64,000 nucleotides of DNA from a virus (lineage: Duplodnaviria > Caudoviricetes). Position numbers and translations under genes: made by a program. The stretch is taken from positions 6,495 to 70,494 of the IMG/VR virus record IMGVR_UViG_2974720863_000001. One strand, written 5' to 3'. This document shows positions 31,301-39,502 of the stretch, one piece after another. The notes below the pieces were generated by a model, which worked only from the letters and a program-made list of their open reading frames with translations, was not told where the DNA came from and ran no database searches. Numbering within the stretch: position 1 is the stretch's first letter; every line of letters starts with the position of its first letter.

Positions 31301-34300
31301 GATGCAAGCAAACACTGTGAAGATGCTGAACGAGAAGAATAGCCTTGAGAAGCACTTAGGTGAAAATGCAACTCTTGAGCAATTTGTTAAGTACATGGAA
31401 GGTGTTGCTAAGCAGTCTAATGGGCGTGTGAAGATTATCACTGACCATACTAATACTGTAACGACTCAGTACAACAATGGTGATGTTGGCCAATACACTC
31501 GTGAGAACACTGACCTTTACACAGAGGCAGAGTTAGCTAAAGAGTTTGATAACCCAACGGATGAGTTTGTCTTGGTTCCGCCTGTGGCTCCTGCTCCTGT
31601 GCCGAGTACCAATGATGAGGTCATTACTCCTGTCGACCCTAACCAATTATCTTTGTTTGGTTCAACTTCAAACAAGCTGACCCGTGAAGAAGCATCTGCG
31701 ATTCAAGCCGAGATTGCACCTAAGCTGAACGGTTCTAAAGAACTGGGCCAAGAGTGGCTAAAGCTGAAGAACACTACCTTTGATTCTGCTGAGGCAAAAG
31801 ATGAAGCACTTGATGCATTCATGAAGAAGCTAGGTGTTACTGAATCCACTCCTAAACCTGAAGTTAAGGATGATTGGGCAACTACCCTTGATAACTCACC
31901 TAGTGAAGGTGAAAAAGGATTCTTCCTATCCATTGGTGAGAAACTCAAGAAGCACTACGGCTCTACGGAAGAAGGTACTGTCATCGACATGGTGATGAAG
32001 AAACTTGAGCATAACCCTCCTAAGTTCAGAAACTACATGCAGGAAAGCTATATTCCTGACGAACTGAAAGAGACAGCTAAGAACTTCCGTGGGATGTATG
32101 ACCCTGAAACTCACACTGTGCATATCTTTGTGAATGCATCCAATAACCCTTCTGACGAGATGTACTACGACACCTTGTTCCATGAGCTTGACCATGCAGC
32201 GAATGTGTATGCTCTTGAGCAAGATGCCCTAAGCGGGAATCCTTCAAGAGAGTATCGTCAGTTAGAAGACCTTTGGTTAAGTCTTAAGAACAACAGAAAG
32301 ACTACAATCATCCAAGCGATTGGTCAGGACAACTATGACTACATCTTTGGGACTGAGCACTCTACCCATAGAAACATTGGTGAGATGTTAGCCTTCGCTA
32401 AAGGGGATAAGAACTTCAAGGCATTGCTGAGCCAGACAAACATTAAGATGCCTAGAGGGGATGCTTCTGCACGTAATGCTTGGGAGCATATGCTTCGATT
32501 AGCTCTACGTATTCTGAATAAGACCATGGACTTCGATATGTTGAATGCATATCAGGCAATGATTGGTTTATCTGCTAAGTACTATGGTATTGACCATGCG
32601 AACGTTCAGACCCAAGAGGCACACCTAGTGAGCACTCTAGGTAAGAACAAAGATGGTTCAAACAGTAAGCGTAGAAGTGAAGCTTTCCATAAGACCCGTG
32701 ATGCTCTGCTATATCGCATGAATAAGGGCATGTCTTACGCTGAAGCAAAAGAAGCTATGACTAACCCTAAGTATGCTAAGGAACAGAAGCAAGTATTCAC
32801 TGCCTATGAGAAACGCTCTCGTGAGATTAATGCGGATGACCAATATGGAGCTCCTATCTCAACTGAGACTGCACAGTTCATTAAAGACATGGAGCTGAAC
32901 CGAGGAACCTTAGGGCACATCTTTACTGCATTAGCAGGTAAAGGTCCTGTACAGGCTTCTAAGGAACACATGAAGCGTCTAGAGAGAATGGTGACACTGA
33001 TTCAGCCTACCATCGATAAGCTAACCCTGAGCCTATACAAGGACAATCAGGAAGCATCTGGTGAGTTAACTGAGAGTGGCATTAACCTGACTATCAATAC
33101 TGGTGCCAAGGCGAATAACATTGAGATGTCTACTGGTGAAGTTCTGGTTCACGAATTAAGCCACACCTTATTCCAAGGTATGGATAAGAAATCCCCTGAG
33201 TACAAGGAGATTGTTCGTGAGTACAAGAAGGCACGTAAAGAACTTAAACCAGAGGATTTCCTTACTGGCATAGTGAACCCTACCGATGTAGATAAGAAAG
33301 CAGCGTTAGACCGTTATAACCATACAATCCATAACCGTGTAGAAGGGGGCAAAGGTTACACTACTTATCTTGGTTTAGATGGACAGGTGCGTAATGCTGA
33401 CCCTGTGGAAGAGTTTGCAGTAATGGCCATGACAAATGAACCACTTATCCTAGCTCTACAGGCAAGAGATAAACGTCTGTCACAAGATGGTGAAACTCAA
33501 TCAATGATTGAACGTATCCGTTCATTGTTCCAGCATTTACTGAACGTAATGGAAAGTAAGGTAGATACTCGTGGGCTAGGTACTGACGCTAAGATGGTAC
33601 GTTTAGTTGAACATCTACAAGGTTCAATGAACAATAAGAAGTCCTTGGTTTACCGTGGTATTCAGAAAGCTGATTCAGTACTACATACTGCTGATGAATG
33701 GGTGAAGGATAAAGTGAATCCTTTCCGTCAGGTACCGAAAGAAATCATGGGTAAAATCTCTGAAGATATGGGCATCCCTGAAATGCGAGCTAAATTGAAG
33801 TCTGCTATCGAGGCTCAAAGCTTTGCTCAAAATAAAACAGTGATTGGTATATACAATGAGTTCACCACTGGTCGAGCTTCGTTAGCTAATCTGGCTCGAT
33901 TGATTTCTAAGAACTCACATACCATTGAGCAGGAATCTCAATTCTATACAGAGACTATCACTAAGGAGCTTCAGGCTGTCTATGAGGGCATTACTGAGCA
34001 AGAGAGTGCTGACATCTATTCATTACTTGAAACCGATGCACAGAGCCTTCTAGGAACGCACAGCATTGCTGAGGTACTGGAACTGGTCACTAAGCAAGAT
34101 GTTCGTGATGCTCGCATCAAAGCATTGAAAGCTGAGTTGAAGAAGGTAGCTCCGTCTGCATTCCGATACATGAGCGTTCATGCTGAAGACTTAGGGTACC
34201 ACCTAACTACAGGTGAGCGATTGATTGCTGATGGTAAATACACTAATGCGTATCAGATTGCGAACATGTGGGGTTACGATGGCAAAGCGGGAACCATTGA

Positions 34301-36266
34301 TGCTCAGCAAGCACAGGTGATAGTAGATGAGTTGGCAACATTGCACTCACTGAACTATGCAGACCTAGATGTGACTAATGCTTCTTTGTTTGATGATTCT
34401 AAGTTTGGTACTCGTGGTTTGGAAGTGGCTCTGGCCTACCACCAAGAGATTATGGAAGCAGGTCTTGAGACTACCTTTAAAGATAACGAATACAACATGC
34501 GTAAGGGTTATCTGAAAGAGGAGTATGAGAACAATGTGGATATCACTATTGGCACTAAAGCTGACCATGTTCGTCTAACTAACTTGGGTTACACCCAAGG
34601 TGAACCAGTAAGAGGCGATGACTTAACTTCGAATAGAGGCGAGTTCTATTACATCAAAGAGAATGGTGAGATGGCTGCCTATGTAACAGGTGCATTGTCT
34701 ACTGCGTCTCCTAGCCGTAGAGGTACTGACTTGTTTAAGATTTCCCCATCTGACTCTGAACTACAGAGATTGCGTGTGGTACTTCAAGAACAAGAGCTCA
34801 ATAAAGGTAAGAAGGCATTGGCTAAGCAAGCATTCAGTGGATACGCTCCATATCTGAAAGCAGAGAAACGTAGTCAAGTAGCTCAACCTATCTTTGATGC
34901 ACGTGGTTCAGTTACTGGGTACCGATATGTGTCTACTAACACTGCCAAGGATACTGTCCATGGTCGTAAGAAAGACTTCACCCGTGCACTGGGTAGAACG
35001 TTCTCTAACATCTCTCGTCAGAACAACACTGTTGCACTGAACCAAGAGTTGATGGAAACATTTCACCAGACGTATGTAGATAGCTACCATAAAGAGCCAG
35101 ACCTGTTCATTGATATCAGTACTGACCCTGAATACAAAGACCAGTACAATCTGATTCCTGAAGCAGCGAAACGTCACGCTAAGACGTTGTATGGTTCAAG
35201 TGCTATTTATGTACGTAGAACAGAAGCAACCGTTGCATTAGGTTATCGTAAGTTCTCTGTGGCCCAATTGCAGTACGACAGAGACCCTAAGGCTACTGCA
35301 TACCGTGAATCACTACGTCACTTGAATAACTTGGCTACAGTAATGTTTAACAACCAAGTAGGTATCAGTGTGGAAAACTACTGGCAGGCTTTCGTATCAA
35401 CCGGTAAGGATACGCTAGTCATTAAGTCAGGAATGGTTACTGCAGCTAACATTGGCTCAAATTTGGCATTGTTATGGATGTGTGGCGTCAACCCTGTACA
35501 GGCGATTAAGGACCATGCAGAAGCGTATACGTCTACGTGGAAATGGCTTAAAGATAAAGAGAGGGAATTTGCTATCGGGCTAGAGCTGAATCGTCCAGAA
35601 TTGACAAAACAACAGAAGATAGAATTGGAAGGTGAAAGAGCCATGCTTCGTCAGGAGATGTATAACAACCCTGTACGTGAAATGATGGAAGCAGGTCTTT
35701 ACTCAGCTATCGTGGATGATGTTGAAGTAGGTGAGCACGTGGCTCCTACGAAGGATTTGATTGAGCAGAAGTTTGAACCAGTACTAAATAAAACACCGGA
35801 AGCTGTGAAGACTGTGGCTAAGAACTTCATGCTAACGCATGACACTAAGGCCTATAAGGTAATGAGAGATATTGCTCAGATATCTGACTTTGCAGCGAAG
35901 TACTCACTGCATAAGCATAACGTGAAGAACGGAATGAAATTCCAAGACTCTATCAATGATGTTCGTACCACATTTGTGGATTACGATATTCCTCAGATGA
36001 AGTCACTTCAATATGCGAATGACATGGGTTTGCTTGGCTTTACTAAGTACATGTTCCGTACTCAACAAGTCCTGATTAAACGTTTGGGTGAGAGGCCATC
36101 TAGAGTTCTAGGGTTCCTAATGCTGAATAACTTCCTAGGTTTGGGTATCCCTACTCCTTATGATGCTATATTCAGTTTGGATGCTTTAGGTAATAGGGTT
36201 TACACTCCTGCGGATTGGGCATCGTTCCACACGCAATCAGCCCCTATTAACTTAACAGTGGGGTAA
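25326..36266 (+). CDS. Virion-encapsidated RNA polymerase (N4 gp50-like)
   Basis: 3646 aa; motif A ENDGITNG, motif B KDPLMIANYGS, motif C NIHDA; only one Cys; synteny. Confidence 0.93.
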   Translation: MAVKNTLGMFEAVGLNPTTVSKADSVAKAAQSKQAKFSSQELSQSFDQFKALYPNSSFEERQNFLVQQNAFQQSQNNSFLEDVGTDLGIAFGDRLPQTGGALLGLAGDAIGSDTLSRVGWDYAKQQQQEMQASQETYSPDLASAKANILARAEARKAEAMSDGDMSAMDSLNEFFGTVGDYIVNPRAAASEAVQSSESLLTMVASGGVAGAVAKGAVKSAAKKKLGDTLKKKYVQEAIEAKANQAALTASSSVGTAYTGASEGANNALQTRDALNEIPEETLRESPDFQEYLKENDGDFDKAKDEFVKSGTADTFLISGSVAALVGKASGASDTFAQSLVKQGKKSVVKDAVKAGVTETVEETIQSGAGQLVSNIQVKEGDASQDILEDVGTNAGAGAVAGGLSGAVTSGAVGGLQKAGETITKGAEKVVQQKAIKEQQAKAKEEDETVAEYDKAKESPESVFEEFENASDEDLVKNMPKVVTSLVALREKQNSGDLTPEESAELGTKIDALKARAQKANAEAIKKTAETTAKVVAEPEKANSADTQGAFVNTVATGNADNAQVLKGSKHLTTNQKKLLDAISKPESPIGKRLKSAEEVHDEVVGGGEGFTGLMEYVDALSTVVTEKDPQRASRLLRQLTGFGASQQKKIQTGKFADGNKIPDATMALIKDEANAIKLVQDAYTDTLEKSLPEFKDFQQSATSKVKQKLNIDTNTAPDVESQVTLPRKQRKAIVQEVRATLFNLKESPEGMEQVRFKLRKAGVTKSKIDAVEEAFKTVEAIEGKKNLTPEVRKELNDANTLIDDTFVELTSALGADGLRETLDKFGVKENVESAYSVKENELDASKVEATEGHIPEQPSQKELSSEAQFKKYNELVQSIKDYVSQTPDALDDADINAQYNTVVDTELNAFSEGTQGTYNNAVELFNTLGVTNAQVTTANSETKAVTTTPSNRTYQNVIERSPFLSKSFRFVKRQIGLLHTENSLVQKLSNEKTDIYTHLTRNLSQTDKDDLNAFATYLGKFENHLNHTLKAREKAKAEGEKFNREYINDYLDEFIVDGKFIPSVASAIATGFADWMATSAHKTFRNDDRGVAKLIGENPESYNVVGADENLREAGIARTYVIEQVGRHIMATMGLTPKGTANENITKQMASNLGIAALSSAMEKSGPILEQHYAHRMVDAKGNTVFSFVSDSSNPDEAKKAAKEKGIVGEFNTAIPTVKMKLNKTQPEDGTRRLTTLADNGIRGARNVSLIRDFFGAESAIVPPVFDGQEMKDHTEDPNMSSTQAEAMNKNQNLEYELDNAGWDLFSQFDEEAQLALVDTVTPDEEAHVNNRDRNTSIRENIKREVDGLKELVRQMNEAGSKYVRFPMQASKRNKRMTMLGTLGNVQNSKLVRHLFKLKGAEVEIDSPALRTAYMKAVMEALDEDSTQGKGVDKSSDVAVTQAFNELVKSGKYAKAVEAIKSGKLEGEGKEAVQGFASSMHKLEGLIALSKYDADKAFTVNLVKENDGITNGIAIALLQYAGADSFDDYRERLARVGVFVNGNFDTFGQFSNTDGNKDSYVDFGDAVTNRLKKPEDYPASEDNILPELNFFTTITNLNQKGLVKGLGGAKVEVVTADFEVKQEPVINGYKNKQGKYVTKGLRIPRELHTQAAKGLQFFLGKGFIKNGEFVTLNDEILALIRDFSKDPLMIANYGSSIKSIKTSIASKITGAVTTALEEANRLEGKAREVALKDIESAVNLTNIFGVESFVEGELKPWEFKLADDVLETTVDDTTWDVIAAAVDVTYGAAVDGAFTEKYGNQRDTVDVVIQATRIATDIYAQQLETARQAKMKELGKDWLSVDEAKEVKESLSAKSPMVRHALGDDRLKDGIWIAKGEKSKDTTKNKSDQVKLAMPMGETGSVETATYSDKVKDPGVSAGAIMVQSLDASVQALLMRIAEMVNIHDASIFKLAQMNGNTEEYNRIFMELMSDYSIMDAVLEMLKASLEGATPEMQANTVKMLNEKNSLEKHLGENATLEQFVKYMEGVAKQSNGRVKIITDHTNTVTTQYNNGDVGQYTRENTDLYTEAELAKEFDNPTDEFVLVPPVAPAPVPSTNDEVITPVDPNQLSLFGSTSNKLTREEASAIQAEIAPKLNGSKELGQEWLKLKNTTFDSAEAKDEALDAFMKKLGVTESTPKPEVKDDWATTLDNSPSEGEKGFFLSIGEKLKKHYGSTEEGTVIDMVMKKLEHNPPKFRNYMQESYIPDELKETAKNFRGMYDPETHTVHIFVNASNNPSDEMYYDTLFHELDHAANVYALEQDALSGNPSREYRQLEDLWLSLKNNRKTTIIQAIGQDNYDYIFGTEHSTHRNIGEMLAFAKGDKNFKALLSQTNIKMPRGDASARNAWEHMLRLALRILNKTMDFDMLNAYQAMIGLSAKYYGIDHANVQTQEAHLVSTLGKNKDGSNSKRRSEAFHKTRDALLYRMNKGMSYAEAKEAMTNPKYAKEQKQVFTAYEKRSREINADDQYGAPISTETAQFIKDMELNRGTLGHIFTALAGKGPVQASKEHMKRLERMVTLIQPTIDKLTLSLYKDNQEASGELTESGINLTINTGAKANNIEMSTGEVLVHELSHTLFQGMDKKSPEYKEIVREYKKARKELKPEDFLTGIVNPTDVDKKAALDRYNHTIHNRVEGGKGYTTYLGLDGQVRNADPVEEFAVMAMTNEPLILALQARDKRLSQDGETQSMIERIRSLFQHLLNVMESKVDTRGLGTDAKMVRLVEHLQGSMNNKKSLVYRGIQKADSVLHTADEWVKDKVNPFRQVPKEIMGKISEDMGIPEMRAKLKSAIEAQSFAQNKTVIGIYNEFTTGRASLANLARLISKNSHTIEQESQFYTETITKELQAVYEGITEQESADIYSLLETDAQSLLGTHSIAEVLELVTKQDVRDARIKALKAELKKVAPSAFRYMSVHAEDLGYHLTTGERLIADGKYTNAYQIANMWGYDGKAGTIDAQQAQVIVDELATLHSLNYADLDVTNASLFDDSKFGTRGLEVALAYHQEIMEAGLETTFKDNEYNMRKGYLKEEYENNVDITIGTKADHVRLTNLGYTQGEPVRGDDLTSNRGEFYYIKENGEMAAYVTGALSTASPSRRGTDLFKISPSDSELQRLRVVLQEQELNKGKKALAKQAFSGYAPYLKAEKRSQVAQPIFDARGSVTGYRYVSTNTAKDTVHGRKKDFTRALGRTFSNISRQNNTVALNQELMETFHQTYVDSYHKEPDLFIDISTDPEYKDQYNLIPEAAKRHAKTLYGSSAIYVRRTEATVALGYRKFSVAQLQYDRDPKATAYRESLRHLNNLATVMFNNQVGISVENYWQAFVSTGKDTLVIKSGMVTAANIGSNLALLWMCGVNPVQAIKDHAEAYTSTWKWLKDKEREFAIGLELNRPELTKQQKIELEGERAMLRQEMYNNPVREMMEAGLYSAIVDDVEVGEHVAPTKDLIEQKFEPVLNKTPEAVKTVAKNFMLTHDTKAYKVMRDIAQISDFAAKYSLHKHNVKNGMKFQDSINDVRTTFVDYDIPQMKSLQYANDMGLLGFTKYMFRTQQVLIKRLGERPSRVLGFLMLNNFLGLGIPTPYDAIFSLDALGNRVYTPADWASFHTQSAPINLTVG

Positions 36267-36271
36267 TTAAG

Positions 36272-36302
36272 AAAGGGAGCTATTAGCTCCCTTTTTCTTT
36301 TT
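36272..36302. terminator. Bidirectional terminator where the late and middle regions converge
   Basis: AAAGGGAGCT-ATT-AGCTCCCTTT followed by a T-rich tract. Confidence 0.8.
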
Positions 36303-36446
36303 GACGCTTCTTATCGTCTAAGTAGCAATACCCTAGTACATAGATTACTGCTATTGAAATCCCTACCCAAGGGATTGCAAATATCAATAGTACTATGGGG
36401 AAAACTAACAGCCCTAGAAGTATGACCATTAGCTTTCTGAACCACA

Positions 36447-36923
36447 TTACATGTCCTTGAACATGTCGGCCAATGACTTAGCACCTGTAGCTTCTACCGC
36501 TTTATCTGAAGGTAATGGAGAGTCTTCTTCAGTCTCAGGGTCTTCTGCCAATACTTCATCAATCAATGAAGCACGTTCAGCTTCAAAAGATGGTTCAATA
36601 TTAGGTACACCATCACGGTCTAAAGCTACCTCTTCTTCAGGCAACTCTGGAATTGCTACTGGTTCAGGTTTAGCTTCTTCTACCTTCTTCACCGGCTTCT
36701 TAGCTTTTACTGGTTCCGCTTCTTCTTCGTCTGCGTCAGCAAACTGGGCATCCACATCTAGCACGATTTCCTGTTTACCCTTACGAGTAGCAGTGAAGTT
36801 CACATCGTTAACGATAACATCAAGAGGGAGTCGTTTAGTGATAGCTTCAATCAGCATCTCTTTTAGAGTTGCTTCTGAAATGGTAGGGATGTCTACTTTT
36901 TTAATTACTTTATATTCAAACAT
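36447..36923 (-). CDS. Hypothetical acidic protein
   Basis: 158 aa with RBS; last large gene of the middle operon. Confidence 0.65.
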   Translation of the reverse strand: MFEYKVIKKVDIPTISEATLKEMLIEAITKRLPLDVIVNDVNFTATRKGKQEIVLDVDAQFADADEEEAEPVKAKKPVKKVEEAKPEPVAIPELPEEEVALDRDGVPNIEPSFEAERASLIDEVLAEDPETEEDSPLPSDKAVEATGAKSLADMFKDM

Positions 36924-36931
36924 GGTGTTCC

Positions 36932-37477
36932 TTAGTCAAGTTCGTTATGAAGTACCCATTGGGATAGCCAGTATGCGTCTGCAAGGTCATAACGTCCCTT
37001 GGACTTAGGTATGGCTATCAGGCCTTCATAGTATTCAGTGTCGTGTTCACGAATGGCTTCCACCATCGCATCTTTATCACAGTTACCTTTTCCTGTAGCA
37101 AACTTCTTAAGGCTCGTAGGAGGCACTGTGAGGAGTTTTACATCTTCTTTCGCCAGATAGTCTTTCATTTGTGCTAACAAGCTACCAAGGAGCATAGGGA
37201 GAGTCCTAGTGGCATTCCCCTTGCTTGCCAAGCTTGGTGTCTCAAAGACAATGAAGTCAGGCTTAGTCATCTCAATTATCTCTACCAGACGTTTCCCAAT
37301 AAAAGAAGCACGGGCATGGGTATCGAGTACGAAGTCATCTAAAACCTTACTGGTTCGGATAACCTCTATATGGGTGATTTCTGATGGGCCAATCCCTCCT
37401 CCTGCATGAGGCATATGCTCAAGAACACAGACACCCGAGCCAGTCATTGATTGGTCTATGGCTAGAATGGTAATCAT
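36932..37477 (-). CDS. ruvC: RuvC-like Holliday junction resolvase
   Basis: ILAIDQS.T.SG, FETPS, LKKFATGKGN.DK..M, D.ADAY. Confidence 0.85.
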   Translation of the reverse strand: MITILAIDQSMTGSGVCVLEHMPHAGGGIGPSEITHIEVIRTSKVLDDFVLDTHARASFIGKRLVEIIEMTKPDFIVFETPSLASKGNATRTLPMLLGSLLAQMKDYLAKEDVKLLTVPPTSLKKFATGKGNCDKDAMVEAIREHDTEYYEGLIAIPKSKGRYDLADAYWLSQWVLHNELD

Positions 37478-37619
37478 GGTTACCCTTAAAATAATGCCCT
37501 CCGTAGAGGGCAATAATATTACTTAGCTTCTAATGTCTTGAGTCGTTTGTGTAGTGTAATCAACAAAACAATCATAGACACGTCTGCAAGGACGGATACT
37601 ACTTCTCGAAGCAACTCCA

Positions 37620-38357
37620 TTAGTCGTCAAACTTCAGTGTAGGAGCCGGAGATGTCGCTGCACCACCTGCAATTGGAGCGCCTGCTTTAGGGGCGTTCTT
37701 CGCACGTTTATCACGTACTTTATCTTTATGGGCAGTCAGCCATAGCTCTTTGAATGAAGCTTCGTCACCAGAGGCAACTTCTTCAATAGTACGACCATCA
37801 GCAGTGAACCACTTTTCAAAAGTATTCAGGGTACGTTCTTCAGCAGTAGGTACGGTGTAGTTACCATTACCATCTTTAGCCATTTTAGTTTCTACTTGAT
37901 TGTAGATAGCAGCTTGGATTGCTTTACCAGTAAAGTCTGTGATGACTTTCTTTTCTTGAGGAAGTTCTTTCTTCGCATCGTAGTCATACAGCTTAAGAAT
38001 CTTTGGTTCAGCAGTTAGACCAGATAGGTCTTTAACTTGGATACCCATAGCATGAGCTAGGTGCAACAGTTTAGTGTAGCCCGGTAATGGTTTCTCTTTG
38101 CCTGAACGCTTGTCAGTGTAAGTCGTTTTGAATGTACCTGACTTTTTAGAGCCAAGGCATTCAGAGAAACGAACAGAACGACCAGTCTCAGTCTCGAATT
38201 CACCATAAGCCATCAATGCACCTTTTTCAGTTTTATCTAGGTACATGTACTTTGCAGTCAACGGGTAAACGTTTGTTGTAAGAGGGCCGCCTGTACTTAG
38301 TACATCTGTGTCTTTCTCTAATTCAACACCCGCATCCATCTTTAAAATATCTATCAT
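37620..38357 (-). CDS. ssb: Single-stranded DNA-binding protein (N4 gp45-like)
   Basis: KGA, SGKEKPLPG, YDYDAKKE.P, acidic/aromatic end LKFDD; synteny. Confidence 0.8.
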   Translation of the reverse strand: MIDILKMDAGVELEKDTDVLSTGGPLTTNVYPLTAKYMYLDKTEKGALMAYGEFETETGRSVRFSECLGSKKSGTFKTTYTDKRSGKEKPLPGYTKLLHLAHAMGIQVKDLSGLTAEPKILKLYDYDAKKELPQEKKVITDFTGKAIQAAIYNQVETKMAKDGNGNYTVPTAEERTLNTFEKWFTADGRTIEEVASGDEASFKELWLTAHKDKVRDKRAKNAPKAGAPIAGGAATSPAPTLKFDD

Positions 38358-38416
38358 CGTTTTTCCTTTATTTAATTAATTTGATTGTTCACAAAAGGGA
38401 GCAAAGCGCCCCTCAA

Positions 38417-39136
38417 TTACTCTCCGTAGAACTCGTCCCAACGGTCAAGTACGATTTGAATGTCATTATCAATGTAATGCTCATTGTCGTCCCAGAACCC
38501 AAATGGCGCACGAGTACGGTCACCAATGGTATTCTCGTTTAACTGAACACTGAACACATACTTCATACCTGATGCTTCTTCGGCAGCAGTGTACGTTAAT
38601 AACGGAGTATCGAACTTCTTAAGCTTAGCCACAGGCATTTGCTTAGTGGTTACTACAACGGTATGGTCGGCTTCAACGCCAATCTTACCTACAGCACCTT
38701 TGACCAGAATCTTAGACTCCATCTGCATAGACTGTTCATTCAGCAATGACTCTGTGTGAGCCATGATGATGTGTGTCTTAGTAGAGTCTTTAACTAGGTC
38801 ATTGAACTCTTTGTAGTAGATACCGTAGTTCTTCCACCCTTCCATAGTATTCGCTGCAGGGTTCACTATTTTACGTTCATATTGAGCCATAAGATAGGTC
38901 AGCGTATCTAATATAACGCCTTCACAACCGTCATACGCCTCAAACTGAGGATAGTAAGCAGGAACCTCCATAGGGTCTTTAATACGGATGTTCTTAAGAA
39001 ATGCATTCGCACCACGAATAGGTAATGCTTTATCATCTGCGTTAAGGTATGCGTACTTCTCACGGTTCTTAAGGTTACGCAGGGACGTAGATTTACCTGT
39101 GTTTGATTGACCTGCAATCACGATAGTGCGGTTCAT
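38417..39136 (-). CDS. AAA / Sak4-like ATPase (N4 gp44-like)
   Basis: GQSNTGKSTSL Walker A, ILDTLTY, MAH, GVEA. Confidence 0.8.
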   Translation of the reverse strand: MNRTIVIAGQSNTGKSTSLRNLKNREKYAYLNADDKALPIRGANAFLKNIRIKDPMEVPAYYPQFEAYDGCEGVILDTLTYLMAQYERKIVNPAANTMEGWKNYGIYYKEFNDLVKDSTKTHIIMAHTESLLNEQSMQMESKILVKGAVGKIGVEADHTVVVTTKQMPVAKLKKFDTPLLTYTAAEEASGMKYVFSVQLNENTIGDRTRAPFGFWDDNEHYIDNDIQIVLDRWDEFYGE

Positions 39137-39501
39137 TATTCACCTGTGTATTGTAACGATGGTTTACCTTCTGTCTCTTCAATGAATCGACCATATACTT
39201 CTTTGGCTTCATCTTTGTCGAACTCAGCATTGATTAATTTATCCAGTGCAGAGACACCTTTGATTTTCACATCATAGATGTCTGCCTTGGATACCCCTTT
39301 ACCTAGCAGTCGCTGAACCAGTTTAGATTCATCCACTACCTTGCGAGACTTACGTCCTTTCTTCAACTTGAATCCGGCTACTTCACCACCTTTCTGAAGG
39401 GTGTCAAAGACACCTCCTTCATAGTCAGCGATAGCATTGATTACTGGTTCAAGTTGTTTGTTGATTTCCATACGTAGCTCTAGGAGCTCACGGTATGTCA
39501 T
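39136..39501 (-). CDS. Hypothetical protein resembling the C-terminal part of DUF2800 proteins
   Basis: GFKLKKGRKSRK...Y..K..G.SALDKL...GKPSL. Confidence 0.45.
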   Translation of the reverse strand: MTYRELLELRMEINKQLEPVINAIADYEGGVFDTLQKGGEVAGFKLKKGRKSRKVVDESKLVQRLLGKGVSKADIYDVKIKGVSALDKLINAEFDKDEAKEVYGRFIEETEGKPSLQYTGE

Positions 39502-39502
39502 G

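Noticed and set aside
25326-36266. Giant 3646-aa ORF as a novel toxin or adhesin
   Set aside because: It has the polymerase motifs, near absence of Cys and synteny of the standard N4-type virion RNAP.
36451-37008. 185-aa + strand Ser-rich ORF and the many other antisense ORFs in the track
   Set aside because: They are antisense shadows of well-supported genes, with no RBS or family motifs.
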